Assembly (NCBI GenBank): GCA_002269645.1
Contig: NIVC01004393.1
Span: forward strand, 1 to 47,379
Length of the DNA stretch: 47,379 nt
Source: Macrostomum lignano
Taxonomy: Eukaryota
Direction of reading: 5' to 3'
Positions 1-17,340 of this stretch are shown here, one piece after another. The notes beneath the pieces were generated by a model that saw only the letters and a program-made list of their open reading frames with translations, searched no databases and had not been told where the DNA came from. The position numbers and the translations under genes were made by a program. Within the stretch, counting starts at the first letter, position 1. Each line of letters opens with the position of its first letter.

Positions 1-210
1 AGCCAAAACTTCATGTAGCCGAAACTAATATTTCAAAATACTCGTATCTTACTAATTCCATAAATTCACCCACAGTCTCAAGCGGAGTCGGCGAAGTTTC
101 TCAACAGGCCGGCGCCTTGTCGTCAGGTAATTTCGCTGAGGCAGACTTTAAGTTAGTAAGCAGCTTTAACGGCTCCGCTGCCACGCGCACTTTTCGGCCT
201 TCCGCCGCTG

Positions 211-1367
211 GTGGAATCGACGGAGGACGATGAGCATGAGCCAGTCTCCGACGGAAGTCGACAGCAGCGTCCGCAGCAGCCACTGCCGCAGAAATCCGAT
301 GAAGAGCAGCCGGACTGCTCCGTTTACAGAGGCCGAGAAGACATCCCAGCTCACTGGCGTCGACCGTTTGCCGTCGGCCTGCCATTCGTCATCGTGATTG
401 GAGGATTCGGCTGCGCCGCCACCGCGCTCGCCTTCACCCGCCTCGGCCGTCGCAATCTGCCAGTCTGCTGTTATCTTGCCGTAGTGTCCTGCGTTGACGT
501 TCTGGAGCTGCTCATCCGAGCTGGAGATCTCTGGCTACGCCGCGTCTCCAGCACCGAAGTGACGTTTATGCTGGTGTTTGCCTGCCAGACCTGCTGCCAG
601 GTTTATCCGATGGTATACAATTTTGCGCACCAGTTGCGGCAGTTCTGCTGCGTAGCCGCCGCAGTGGACACTCTGCAGCTCTACAATCGGCCTGCCCAAG
701 CTTACAGCCGACTAACCGGGATCGAGTGTTCAACAGCTGCGCCCTGTTCTGCGCCATCCTGCTCAGCGTCAACTGCCAGTTTCTCTGGACGTTCAGCTTG
801 TCGCGCACGGACGGGGACAGCCCGGCAGGAAACCGGGGCTACCACTGCGGCTTCTCGGACAAGTGGGTGTCGCTCGTCTATCGATCGCTGGTCTGGCCGG
901 GACTTGACTTCTTTCTCGGCGACTTTCTGCCAACTGTCGCGGCTATCTGCTGCGGCGCCGGCGTTCTCTGCCTGCGCATTCGACGACGACATCACGCGAC
1001 GGCGCGAGGAGCTAGCGACGCGGCTGTCAAGGAGGAGCTGCGACTGGCGGCACTGCTGGCCTCAGTGGGCTGGCTGCCGCTCTGCTTACCCGAAGTCGCA
1101 TTCCATGCCTACCGCCTGTGGTCAAGCGCCGAGCACACGCTCCGCGCACCACATTCTGCCGCCGCAGAGTCTCGCCGACTGTTGGACAATCGACAAGCGC
1201 ACCTGGGCTGGGCAGATCGAAAAAACCAGCAGGTGTTTTATTTTAGCGTCGACACGAGCTGCTGGCTGGCCCGGCTAGTCTGGCTGTGCGGTCGAGCCGC
1301 GTTTTGGCGTTGGCGTCGCCGCCGTTTCGAAAGGAAATCGGACAGATTTTCCTGCGACCAGTTCTGA
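211..1367 (+). CDS. Divergent rhodopsin-family (class A) GPCR, one frameshift near 715; true start uncertain
   Basis: ORFs 211..1278 and 726..1367 join into about 7 hydrophobic segments (GLPFVIVIGGFG; YLAVVSCVDVLELL; C..YPMVYNF..AAAVDTL; FNSCALFCAILLSVN; LPTVAAICC; GWLPLCLPEV; ARLVWLCGRAAF). One added C in ctaaccggg restores LTRDRVFNSC. No in-frame ATG after the stops at 154-159. Confidence 0.65.
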
Positions 1368-2119
1368 AGCTTGCGGAGCCGGCGATGATGCGGTGGGCTG
1401 TGGCCGGAACCACCGGCTGACGGCGAAGCAGAGATTGTTGAGATGGTATCTAGCGAAGTGTGATCGAACTGTTTTCTGTAGAATTTTTATTAGAGGCAGG
1501 GGCTGCGTGCACCCTGGTGCACTTTAAGCGACATTGTCGCACAACCGGCGAGAGGCATTGCTGCATATTCCGCCGACTCCCCTGAGAAGGCACACAAGCG
1601 CGCGGATACGTACGCAGTCATACGCACAGGAACACACTCACACAGGAGAGTACAGCGGCCTTGGGGTTGGCCTTCAAGGGCGTTAATTGCACGAGCAGAC
1701 CCAAGCCGAGATTCCAATTTAGCCCTAAATTAATGTGACTGCATTCGGGATCGAGTCTGGGCCGCAGGCAAATAAGAGAGCCGTGCTAGACCACTAGGCT
1801 ACGGCTCTCCTCAATTCTAGAGTTTTAATTGGTAGATTAAATTGATTTCATACTCACATCAAAACGGGGCAATGTTAAACAACCTCTAATTGCCAGCAAG
1901 CTTTAAACCTTGAAATTTGGAATCAATTTTCAGTCAAACGAATTGCAAGTACGAGTACATGACTTTTAAAAATCGATTTTTGATGAAAATCAGCTGCAAA
2001 ATATTTTTTATCTGTAAGCCTGTCCCTTTCGTGGTGGTGGCAATTGACTGGTCGGGCATGCCCTGTTTGATAGCTCTCTTCCTTGCTTTGTCTACTTTGT
2101 ACACTCTGTGTACTTTCTC

Positions 2120-2258
2120 TCTCTTCGTCGCACCCCTCCCACTCCGTCTCTCTACCCCGTGCGCATCCCCTCCCTCCCTCTTCATTTCTCTACCCCGTGC
2201 GCACCCACCTCCCTCCCTCCCTCTTCGTTTCTCTACCCCGTGCGCACCCACCTCCCCC
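2120..2258. repeat. Pyrimidine-rich imperfect tandem repeat, about 3 copies of about 40 bp
   Basis: tctctaccccgtgcgca(t/c)cc... recurs at about 2148, 2187 and 2230. Confidence 0.8.
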
Positions 2259-3320
2259 AATCTGGTTTTAAGGCTTTCTCGCGTTGATTTAGCTTGCTTT
2301 AATTGTCTGTTTGCGCGGAGTCAATTTTTGTCTTTTGTTGCTCTCGTCTATCCTAGTTCATATAATTGCTACTCCTATCCCTTAATTCTCATTGATTTCT
2401 TTTTAGTATTCTCGCGTCGAAATAAATTCATATTAACTGTTGTAACTCTATGGGGCTCTTTGATCACTTGCCTCACTCCACCATGTTGATGTTCACGTCT
2501 TGTCTTCCTTCGTGCTCCGACCGTGAAATTAACAACGAAAAACAAAAAGTTTTCCTCAAAGCGTCATTAAAAGAACGAAAGATAGCCAAACTGAAAATGT
2601 CACTACAATGTTTACTATGTAGCTCATTGCTTATGACTGAACTCGCCACTAATTGACGAAATACACAAGTACCGATGGAAGCAGGTTTAGTTATATTCGA
2701 CTCCTTAAACCTTCTATTGTAGGCTTTATGAACGCATAGCTGTGTAAATTCGGTTGGGATATAAATTCACTTTTTTCGTTCAAAGGATGCTACTATAAGT
2801 AGTATTACAGTGAAGGGGACTCCGCCGGAAAACAGCTGTACAATACACATTTAGCATACAAAACCCAGAAACCTTTTGTTGCGTTCGTATCGTGTCAAAG
2901 CTCAATCTGTAGCTTGAAAATGCTTCAAAATCGCAGTGGTAAACTATTTTTAAATTAAATAGACATCCAATTTGCACTGAACTAAAGTTCCTCAACCCAG
3001 TTTTGTCTAAGGCTATTTGTCTGACCTATCAAACGTGCACATGGGAATGCAGCACTAATATTATCTATACAATTATAGATATACTTGACGTTCACAAGTT
3101 AACGTGAATTTTCAATTAACCCCGACTCAATCAAAAAGTTGCTTTAAACAGAAGGCCTCAGAACGCTTCCGAAGCTTGAAATGTAAGTTTGGACTTCTTG
3201 TCGTGATTGAAAGTGCTCGACAACTTCTCACTGAAACGGAAAATCGAAGGCGTAAAAATGCACTTTTGACTGTAGGTTTTAAGCCGCGAAAGCTATATTT
3301 GGACAGGCCAATGAACGACT

Positions 3321-9235
<5,915 letters not shown>

Positions 9236-9491
9236 CGTGACGGTGCTGAGCGTGAAATTTTAAATCCGGAAAATATTATTTACGTAGCTAGTACAGAAAA
9301 AGTATTTATTATATTTATAACAAATAAAAATGACGCGTAAAAACTCTTAGTTTATAGTTTTTGTATCTCGATAAAAATCCAATAAAATTATAAGCATTTA
9401 CAGTACTGATTAAAACTCAAATTTAGTTCAAATTTATCACAAAAATTAGTTCATATTGCACGGATTTGTAAATTTCAAGATGATCGTTTGT

Positions 9492-10450
9492 TGTTAAACA
9501 GGGGTGGGAGGCGTGTCCCTACCGCGGATCAGCCCGGGGAGGGGATCTTCCGCAGGATATAATAGAGACCATTCTACCAGGGGGCGAAGCCCGAGAGGCC
9601 CAGATTGGGACTAAGACTCATGGCCTTGCCTTATTGATGCTACTAACCCAAGCCTATGGACTAAGACACCGCCAACCCACAGTGGAATCAGGAGGACGGT
9701 GCAAGGACTGATTCTCCCAAGCCACCCCCCAACGACAAAAAGTTTTGGAAAATTTGCGAGTCTGGGCAGCTATCTTTACCAAGGGCGAGTCTGTCTGTCT
9801 GACCTATCAGGCAGGAAGCCCAGCTACCTATAGGTCTGCAAGCCTCAAGGCTTTTTCGCTATCCATGCAGCTCAGATAAGCCTAGGCCAAGGGGTTGGAG
9901 AAGGGGCACCAATGAGCAAAAGGGACCACCGGGACTCAGCCAGTTTTCCCCGATTCGGGACGAGCATCAACCCCAGGACTCCAATCCACTGTCAGAGATG
10001 AGCGCCAAGACACAATAAGCAGGGAGACAACCAAAGGAGCCAGCAGATGGAACGAGGCAAGCAAGATGGAACCAGGAAGGGCAGAGCTCATAACTCCAAA
10101 GATTGAACGGCTGAGAAAACACAAATCTAAAAGCACAAAGGGATAAAAAGAATTGGGAGGAGCGCCTGAACCCTTATTCTGGGGCTCAGCCTCAGGGCTG
10201 GCATCAGCTGGGCTCTACCGTACACTTTTGTGAATGGTCGTCTTTCCTGCAGGGCGGGTACAACCAGGGGCTCAAGTCCCGTTCTAGCCACACTGCAGTC
10301 CAGAATCACAATCACTCCAGGTACCAAGGCAGGGTACAATGTACATCACTTCCGGTAAGGACACTTAGAAATTGAGCCACCCGAGGGGCAGGTCAATTGG
10401 ATTGCGCGCAACCCGAGAAATACCGCCAGAAGGCAGCCGGGGTAAAAACA
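9492..10450. mobile_element. Unclassified GC-richer, LTR-like island
   Basis: About 960 bp, sharply more GC-rich than its AT-rich flanks and bounded by TGTT...AACA. No target-site duplication and no recognisable ORF. Confidence 0.3.
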
Positions 10451-10763
10451 GTCAGAGACTGTCTATACGGTTCATTTGAAATCTAGCTATCTTTTTTACG
10501 TGTTCATTTATTGAAAAGTACTTCACTCATGAGTTTACGAATATTGAATCGTATTTCAAATGATGAACAGAACTATGCGTTTTTCATAATTGGGTTTACA
10601 AAAATATTTCATTTTTTATTCGAACCCACCTGAACTGTCAAAACGTTTCTTCGAAAACTTCGGCATCCATACGCTCGTATTTAACTGAAGTAGAAGATCT
10701 CTGACGCTTCTGAATGTAAAGAATTTTAGGAGAGACGGTTGTCTGTTATCGGTTATATAGACT

Positions 10764-11449
10764 GTGGGTAAGGAGTGAGGTGGGTAAGGAGTGAGGTGTG
10801 AGGTAGGTGCAGAGTGAGGTGGGTAAGGAGTAAGGTGCGTAAGGAGTGAGGTGGGTAAGGAGTGAGGTGCGTAAGGAGTGAGGTGCGTAAGGAGTGAGGT
10901 GGGTAAGGAGTGAGGTGGGTAAGGAGTGAGGTGGGTAAGGAGTGAGGTGGATAAGGAGTGAGGTGGGTAAGGAGTGAGGTGGGTAAGGAGTGAGGTGGAT
11001 AAGGAGTGAGGTGGGTAAGGAGTGAGGTGGGTAAGGAGTGAGGTGGGTAAGGAGTGAGGTGGATAAGGAGTGAGGTGGGTAAGGAGTGAGGTGGGTAAGG
11101 AGTGAGGTGGATAAGGAGTGAGGTGGGTAAGGAGTGAGGTGGGTAAGGAGTGAGGTGCGTAAGGAGTGAGGTGGGTAAGGAGTGAGGTGGGTAAGGAGTG
11201 AGGTGGGTAAGGAGTGAGGTGGGTAAGGAGTGAGGTGGGTAAGGAGTGAGGTGGATAAGGAGTGAGGTGGGTAAGGAGTGAGGTGGGTAAGGAGTGAGGT
11301 GGATAAGGAGTGAGGTGGGTAAGGAGTGAGGTGGGTAAGGAGTGAGGTGGGTAAGGAGTGAGGTGGGTAAGGAGTGAGGTGGATAAGGAGTGAGGTGGAT
11401 AAGGAGTGAGGTGGGTAAGGAGTGAGGTGGGTAAGGAGTGAGGTGGGTA
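10764..11449. repeat. 16-bp minisatellite GTGAGGTG(G/C)(G/A)TAAGGA, about 43 units, left arm
   Basis: Read directly; ends exactly at the retrotransposon 3' junction. Confidence 0.97.
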
Positions 11450-11541
11450 CTTCTTGACTTAGCTGCAGGGCTGTCCCGGAGGGGACACAGCGGGAAGGCG
11501 CGGGCGCCCATTCCGCTAGTCCCTGAACGGCCGACGCGTCG

Positions 11542-14500
11542 CTATGGACGGAGGGTTGGCGCCGCCCAGGGAGGTCCCCCAGTGTCGCCAGCAGCTATGG
11601 TGCTCTCTGGAAAGGAGAGTTCAGCCCTGCGGGTGGCCCGAAGGTAGCGCATGAGCTGATTAAAGTTTTCGGGTTTGCACGCTTCAGTAATAGATGTGTG
11701 TGGCCCGAGGTAAGTGAGTCTGGCCCGCGTGAAGGCGGGACAGATGCTGACGAAATGCTCAGCGGTTTCGTCACCTGAGTTGCAGAAACTACAGGTGGCG
11801 TTGGTGGCGTTGCCCTGCAGGTACTGGTGCCTGGAGAAGCAGCCGTGACCAGAGAGGGTCATGGTGGCAGCCCGGATGTCTCTGCGCGAGAGGCGCAAGA
11901 GGAGCTTCCGGAGCTGGTGAGAGGGCTGAGGGACAGCGCCTCTGGATTGCCTGCAGTTCGTGCGGTTCGCCCAAGTCGAGCGGTGCTGAGTCCTGATCCA
12001 CGCTTTGATGCGTGAGTCGATGACACAGCCAGGAATCGGGACAAGAGGTTCGGGGCCGAGAGAGGAGCCGGAGGCACCAACTTTTGCAAGGGTGTCAGCC
12101 AACTCATTTCCTCGGATCCCCACATGCCCCGGAACCCACTTAAGGGTAATTTTGTTGGCGGAACCCAACACATTGAGGAGTTTGATACAGTCAAGGACTG
12201 TAGCAGAGTTGGTGCTGCAGCCACTGATGGCGTGCAAGGCAGCTTGGCTGTCCGAATGGAAAATGATGTTCTTACCAGTAACGCCAGTGGCGAGAAGCTC
12301 TGCAGTGCAGGAGCTGATGGCCAGAACTTCATTTTGGAAAACACTGGAGTTGACCCCAGTGTATTGAGCGTGGGTAGCGATGACCCTCCCGTTCAGAAAG
12401 ATTCCAACACCAAAGCCGGTGTTGGCTGACTGCTTAGAACCGTCGGTGTAGCAATGAAGCTCACCAGGGTTCCAATGGTCATTGATGTTATCGCGCGAGT
12501 CGATAGCTACGGAGTAGCGCTGTCTCAGGTTGAGCGTTGAGGCAATGCCATCGGTGAAGACGCGATTGGCCTGACACTCGTTGAGAAAGTTGAGGCACAG
12601 ATCGCTATGCGGGACAAGGTTCCGCTTAGCAGGTGCTCTCATGTAAATGAATTTGACGCCGGCATCAATTAGACGCCGCGTCGTTCTAGCCGCCTCACCC
12701 CTGATGAAGAGGTCAAGAGGCGGAAGATTAAGGAAGGCCCCCATGCCAGCAAAGGGCGTGGACCTGGTGGCGTTGCAGATGAGCCTACACGCTCTGCCTT
12801 GGATCGTGTTGAGCAGGTCTGCATGGCTTTTGACCTGGGTAGCGCTAACCCAGACAACAGAGGCGTACGTAATGGCAGGTCTAACTACGGAAGTATAGAT
12901 CCACCAAAGCCGCTTTGGGGATAGACCCCAAGAAGTGCCAAGTGCTCGTCGGAGCTGGGCCAGGATGGCTGAGGCACGCTTGGCTTTTGCTTTCACGTGG
13001 AGGACCAGTTGAGCCGGTGGTCAAGTATGACCCCGAGACATCTGGTCTGGTGCGCGAAGGCAATATCTCTGCCGTAGAGCTGCAGAGGACGTATGTTCCA
13101 GCGTAGTCTGCTGGTAAACATAATGGCAACGGTTTTGGGCTCAGAGAGTTCCAGACCATTGTCATTGGCCCAGGATTCTGCTTTGCGGATAAAGCTCTGC
13201 ATCAGATCCCTGAGCGTGCTGGGAGACGGTCCTGCCACAATGGCCGTGACGTCATCAGCATACCCGACTTTGAAGACGGGGTCGGGTCGGGAGTCACTCA
13301 AAAGAGCGTCCATGACCAGGTTCCAGAGCGTCGGGGTGAGGACTCCGCCTTGGGGTCCACCCTTACAGACTCTGGTGGAGGCAGTTTGCCCAAGAAGTTG
13401 GGCAGTGACCGTACGGTTGGAGATCATGTACATGATCCACCGTATGAGGGTAGCATGAGCTTTGCGATTTTGAAGGGCCCTCTGAAACGCTTCAAAGATA
13501 ACGTTGTCGAAGGCGCCAACAATGTCAAGAAAGAGAGCCAGAGCGTAACCGTCACCCAGTACCGCCCTTTCAATCTTCTCGACAATCGCATGCAGGGCGC
13601 TGTCAGTCGACCTCCCGGTACGGAAGGCGTGCTGATTATTGCTGAGGGGCATCGCTGTCAGCTCGCAGGACAGCAGCCGCCAGAGAATAAGCCTCTCAGT
13701 GAGCTTAAGCATTGCTGACGTTAAGCTAATAGGCCGGAAGGCCTTGACGCTTTGGTAGTCACCCTTCCCAGGTTTGGGAATAAAGACTACCGAGCTTCAG
13801 TCCAGCATTTGGGAACGTATCCCAGCTGGATAGAGGCCCGCATAAGATTGCGGGTGAGTCTCAGGAACGAGGGTATCTTGGCTGCTTCACGAAGGAGAAC
13901 AGGGTAGATACCATCAGGTCCAGGAGATTTGAAGGGTTTGAAGGTTCTGACCGCACGAGCGATTAGGTCTTCAGTGACAATGCCCGCCGCTAGGGTGGCT
14001 CCATCCATCGAATGGTTGGGCTCCGGTCTAGCAGTAGGTACCCTCGGGAAGAATGTGCTAAGCATATGCTGAAGCACTTCTTCAGGGTCTTTAGTAAGAG
14101 AGCCATCATCTTTTTTGATCATGGCTAATTTGGACATTTTGTCCATTGTAAGGGCCTTGACAAGCCTAGAAGTAGGTCTGTCTTGATCCAATTCATTGCA
14201 GAATTGGCGCCACTTACATTCCTTGGCCTTGCGCACTTCAGATTTGAAATTGCGGGAGGCTTGCCGGAAAAGCTCCATGTCCTCCGGGTTTCCGGTCTTC
14301 ATGGCACGGCGATGAAGGCTTTTGGCCTTCCGCCTGAGTTTCCCCAGCTCCGGGTTCCACCACGGCGCCGAGGTCTTGCCTTTGTAGGCGCGAGCAGGAC
14401 AAGCCGCTTCGTAGGCTTCAATAATGCAACCTGTCAGCGTCTCAGCCATATGATCCACATCCTCGCAGGTCTCAATCGGACGTAAGTCCGTGAGTTCCTG

Positions 14501-15278
14501 CAGGTGCAGATCAAGGGCAGCCTTGTAGGCCGCCCAATCAGTGTTGCGGATATTGCGTCTCCAAGTGATCGGAGACTGGGTTTTAGTGTCCGCGATGTTA
14601 AAGGCGATAAAGCAGTGGTCAGACAGGGAGGGCTCCTCAGACCAGACTCTCCACTCCTCAACTCTGTCAAAGAGTCTTGGGGTAACGAGTGTGGCGTCGA
14701 GGACCTCGGTCCATCTGCCATTATTAAAGGTAGGAGTGCTGCCGCGGTTGCAGAGCATGAGGTTTGTGTTAGAGATGAGGGCCAGAAGCTCCTCTCCTCT
14801 AGTGTTGGTATCTTTGCTGCCCCAGTGCTTGTGGTGCGCGTTGAGGTCGCCCCCTAAGCACAGCTCAGCGTTCTGGGACTCGCAGTACTGCGCGAGGCGC
14901 AGTAAACTCTCAGGAGCAGGGTCTCTGTCGCCTGGGATATAAACCGAGGCAACAAGACACGTACGCGGAGAGAAATGATTAGATTGGATGACACAAAGGT
15001 CTCCATCAGAGAGATCAGTCCTCAGCCAAGCTGGAATGGCTAGCAGCGAGGATAGCCGCTCTAGGGCGGCTGTTCCCCGGGCCACACACATAAAAATCAG
15101 AGTAGCCAGAGGGAATGTTGGGCAACTTACCGTTGCGCATCCAGGGTTCCTGGATCAGGATGAGGCCTGGCCTGTACAGCTCAGCAATCTTCATCAGATT
15201 TACTGACGCAGATACGCAATGCTGTAAATTAATTTGCAGACAGAATGTCGCTCCTTTGGCAGCGTGGAGCTTAGTCAT
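11542..15278 (-). CDS. Retrotransposon ORF2: AP endonuclease, reverse transcriptase, RNase H, CCHC; 3 frameshifts (near 15050, 13790, 12995)
   Basis: APE: LQINLQH, QEPW, GDLNAHH, LDATL, SDH. RT: FRPISLTS (restored frame), QGGVLTP, YADD. RNase H: YTDGS, NEV, SDSQAAL, WVPGH, NELAD. Zinc knuckle: CSFCNSGDETAEHFVSIC. Confidence 0.92.
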
Positions 15279-15317
15279 ACTGTATTAAATGCAATTTCTG
15301 GCTAGAGCCCAGGGCCA

Positions 15318-16821
15318 TCAAGGAGACTTGGACAACAGATCGTCCTCGTCCCAGGCCGCTGGGGCTTGACTGGGAGATGGGAGTTGGTCGACGTCCATGG
15401 CCTCCTCACCCCACCGGCCCCCCAGCAGAGTCCTCAGGCTCCGATGACAGGATGGAGGAAGCTTCCTCATCTGCATCTTTACCTTCAGACCCCACCAAGG
15501 TGGCCGAGGAGAGCTCGGATTCCGAAGACCCGGCCTCGTCCTCAACTCCTTCTCCGACTGGCAGGTTTGGTTCCCGGGGCTTGGCCGGAGCCGTTACCGC
15601 GGTCGCCGAACTGCTGCTAGCAGAGGGGCGAGATGCAGCTTTGGCTTTGGGATCGGCTTGCGCCTTTCCTTGGGCCTTAGACTGCGCCCCGCTCTTGCCG
15701 GAGATGCCGGGGTTGGCAGTAGCCTTCCCTTTGGCAGACTTTCCTCGGCGCATCTTGAGCTTGAGGGCACCCAGCTGGAAAGAGGATCCATTAGGGTACC
15801 GACTCGCCCAAGTGCTGGAAAGGCCGAGGACAATTGAGTTGCCCGTCTCCCCCCTGCGGACTTTGCGGTGATACACCAGTCCACTAGCAGGGAGGTCGGG
15901 GTTCAGACGCAGTAGGACCCGGCGAATAACGTCTGGTCCAGCTGCGGTGCTCTTAGCAGGGACGAAAACCACATAGGGTATCGTCTTTGGACGCTGGCCC
16001 TCGCGAAGAAAAAGAGCTCCGCCAAGGTCAGCATCCAAGGAGACCGTCGGTAGCCGCTGGAGCAGCCGCCGAGCGTCCTCCTCGCTGCTAGGAGCAATAA
16101 GAACGAATGTGCTTCGCAGCACCATCCGCTCAATGCCGATGGAGATTCCCTCCTCGACAGTCAGCTCAATCAGATAGGAGTCAACAGCACTCCACACTTT
16201 TTGAAGCTGATCAGTGGTCCAGTCCTGGTCGCGACCTTGGATGATCACTCCCGGGATTTTGGCCTTGGCCTTCGCCGCAAAGGTAGCTCCCGAAGGAACC
16301 TCCTTGTTGGCAGTGGCCATTTGTTGCGCCGTGGTTTCGGCCTCAGCAGCCGCGGCAGCAGCTCCAGGGAGCGCCGCCGCTGAACTACTGGAGCTTCCAC
16401 CGGCCGGCCCGCCTGGTTGCCTTGGGACTCCAGTCGCTTCAGCATCCATGGTGGACGCCGCCGCTTTGGCCCCCGCAGCTCCCTTCTTGGCCTGCCTTTT
16501 GGCGCGTTGTTTAGCGCGTTTGCGCTCAAGCCGAGCCCGCTGAGCTTCATCGGATCTGCCAGATTTGGCCGGTCCTTTAGGCTCAGAGCTCGCGGTTCCC
16601 TTAGATCCACCAGCGGAGCTGGCAGGTCTTTGGGTATTTTGAGTTTGGTAGCTCTGGTCGGATCTGCCAGCAGAGCCAGCCGGTCCTTCCTTTGCCACAG
16701 TTGAATCAGTCGGTTGGGATCTGCCAGCAGGGCCGGCCGGTCCTTCGGACTGAGGTTGGGGTTTAGAAGGGTCCCCGTCCCTAGAGTTAGCTTGATTATC
16801 CATAGACGGCTCGAAGGCCAT
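15318..16821 (-). CDS. Retrotransposon ORF1 (gag-like position, DUF4780-like core, no CCHC knuckles)
   Basis: ATG at 16821 within ORF 15406..16878. Basic K/R-rich tract, then VIRRVLLRLNPDL...SIVLGL...FQLG, which resembles the LOA ORF1 domain. Two extra G in G-runs near 15415 would extend it to 15318, 39 nt before ORF2. Confidence 0.75.
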
Positions 16822-17340
16822 GATAAAAGGTTGGTGGGCTACCCTCAAAGGGGCGCGGTACCCACCCGGCCGCTCCACCTGACAGGGCAGTAGGCCAAAA
16901 GAACCCTCAAGGCTGGCCCGACACCAGGAGGGGGACCGCTTGCGACCGGACTACTCCCCGGCCTTCCAGCCCATCGGCACGGTCAACACCTTAGGCATTA
17001 GAGAGTACGTTGAGCAGTACCACGGCCTGCAGGTTGGCGAGCCAGACCCGCATACCCAAATTCGGCCGAAGCCACTGGATAGGGTCGCCAGCGCCGGAGC
17101 CCAGTCTGTCCAGCAGCCCTAGGGACTGCCTTGAACACACGCGGGGACGAGTACCCTGGGTCGACTTGCGAGACAGCGTGGGGGGGGGGTCTGCGGCTGC
17201 CAGAGGCAAATAGAGGGTGCAGACCTCCCACCAGCCTTGACCTGCTGAAGATAGGGGCAGGCGTGAAGCATCGCAGACCTTAGCCCATGGGCCTAGTCTG
17301 TCTCATACTTCACTGGCATGCTGAATACGCCTTCGCGTGC

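Larger units (their letters stand above)
11450..17340 (-). mobile_element. Full-length non-LTR retrotransposon, LOA/R1 group (APE-RT-RNase H), 5891 bp
   Basis: Contains 5' UTR, ORF1, ORF2 and a 92-nt 3' UTR. Flanked by the direct repeat GTGAGGTGGGTA at 11438-11449 and 17341-17352. The QINLQH start, RNase H and terminal CCHC are typical of LOA-type elements (recognised by eye). Confidence 0.9.

Noticed and set aside
85-130. Hammerhead-like CTGACGA...GAAA on the minus strand
   Set aside because: There is an extra base before GAAA, and no stem III or NUH cleavage triplet.
1917-2489. 190-aa hydrophobic ORF
   Set aside because: TTG start; spans a pyrimidine-rich tandem repeat and T-rich DNA; no domain evidence.
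10753-11511. 252-aa THLTPYPPHSL repeat ORF (and 17303..17581)
   Set aside because: A stop-free frame of the 16-bp satellite; no start context and no splice support.
12985-13800. Programmed ribosomal frameshifts in retrotransposon ORF2
   Set aside because: The breaks fall inside conserved RT motifs at GG and CC runs without slippery heptamers; they have the same signature as the errors in host genes.
17050-17150. HDV-like ribozyme in the retrotransposon 5' UTR
   Set aside because: Parts match (G-U-closed 6-bp helix, GG, UUCG hairpin, CGAA; a separate TCCCCGC loop), but P2 and P3 cannot be formed in the required order.
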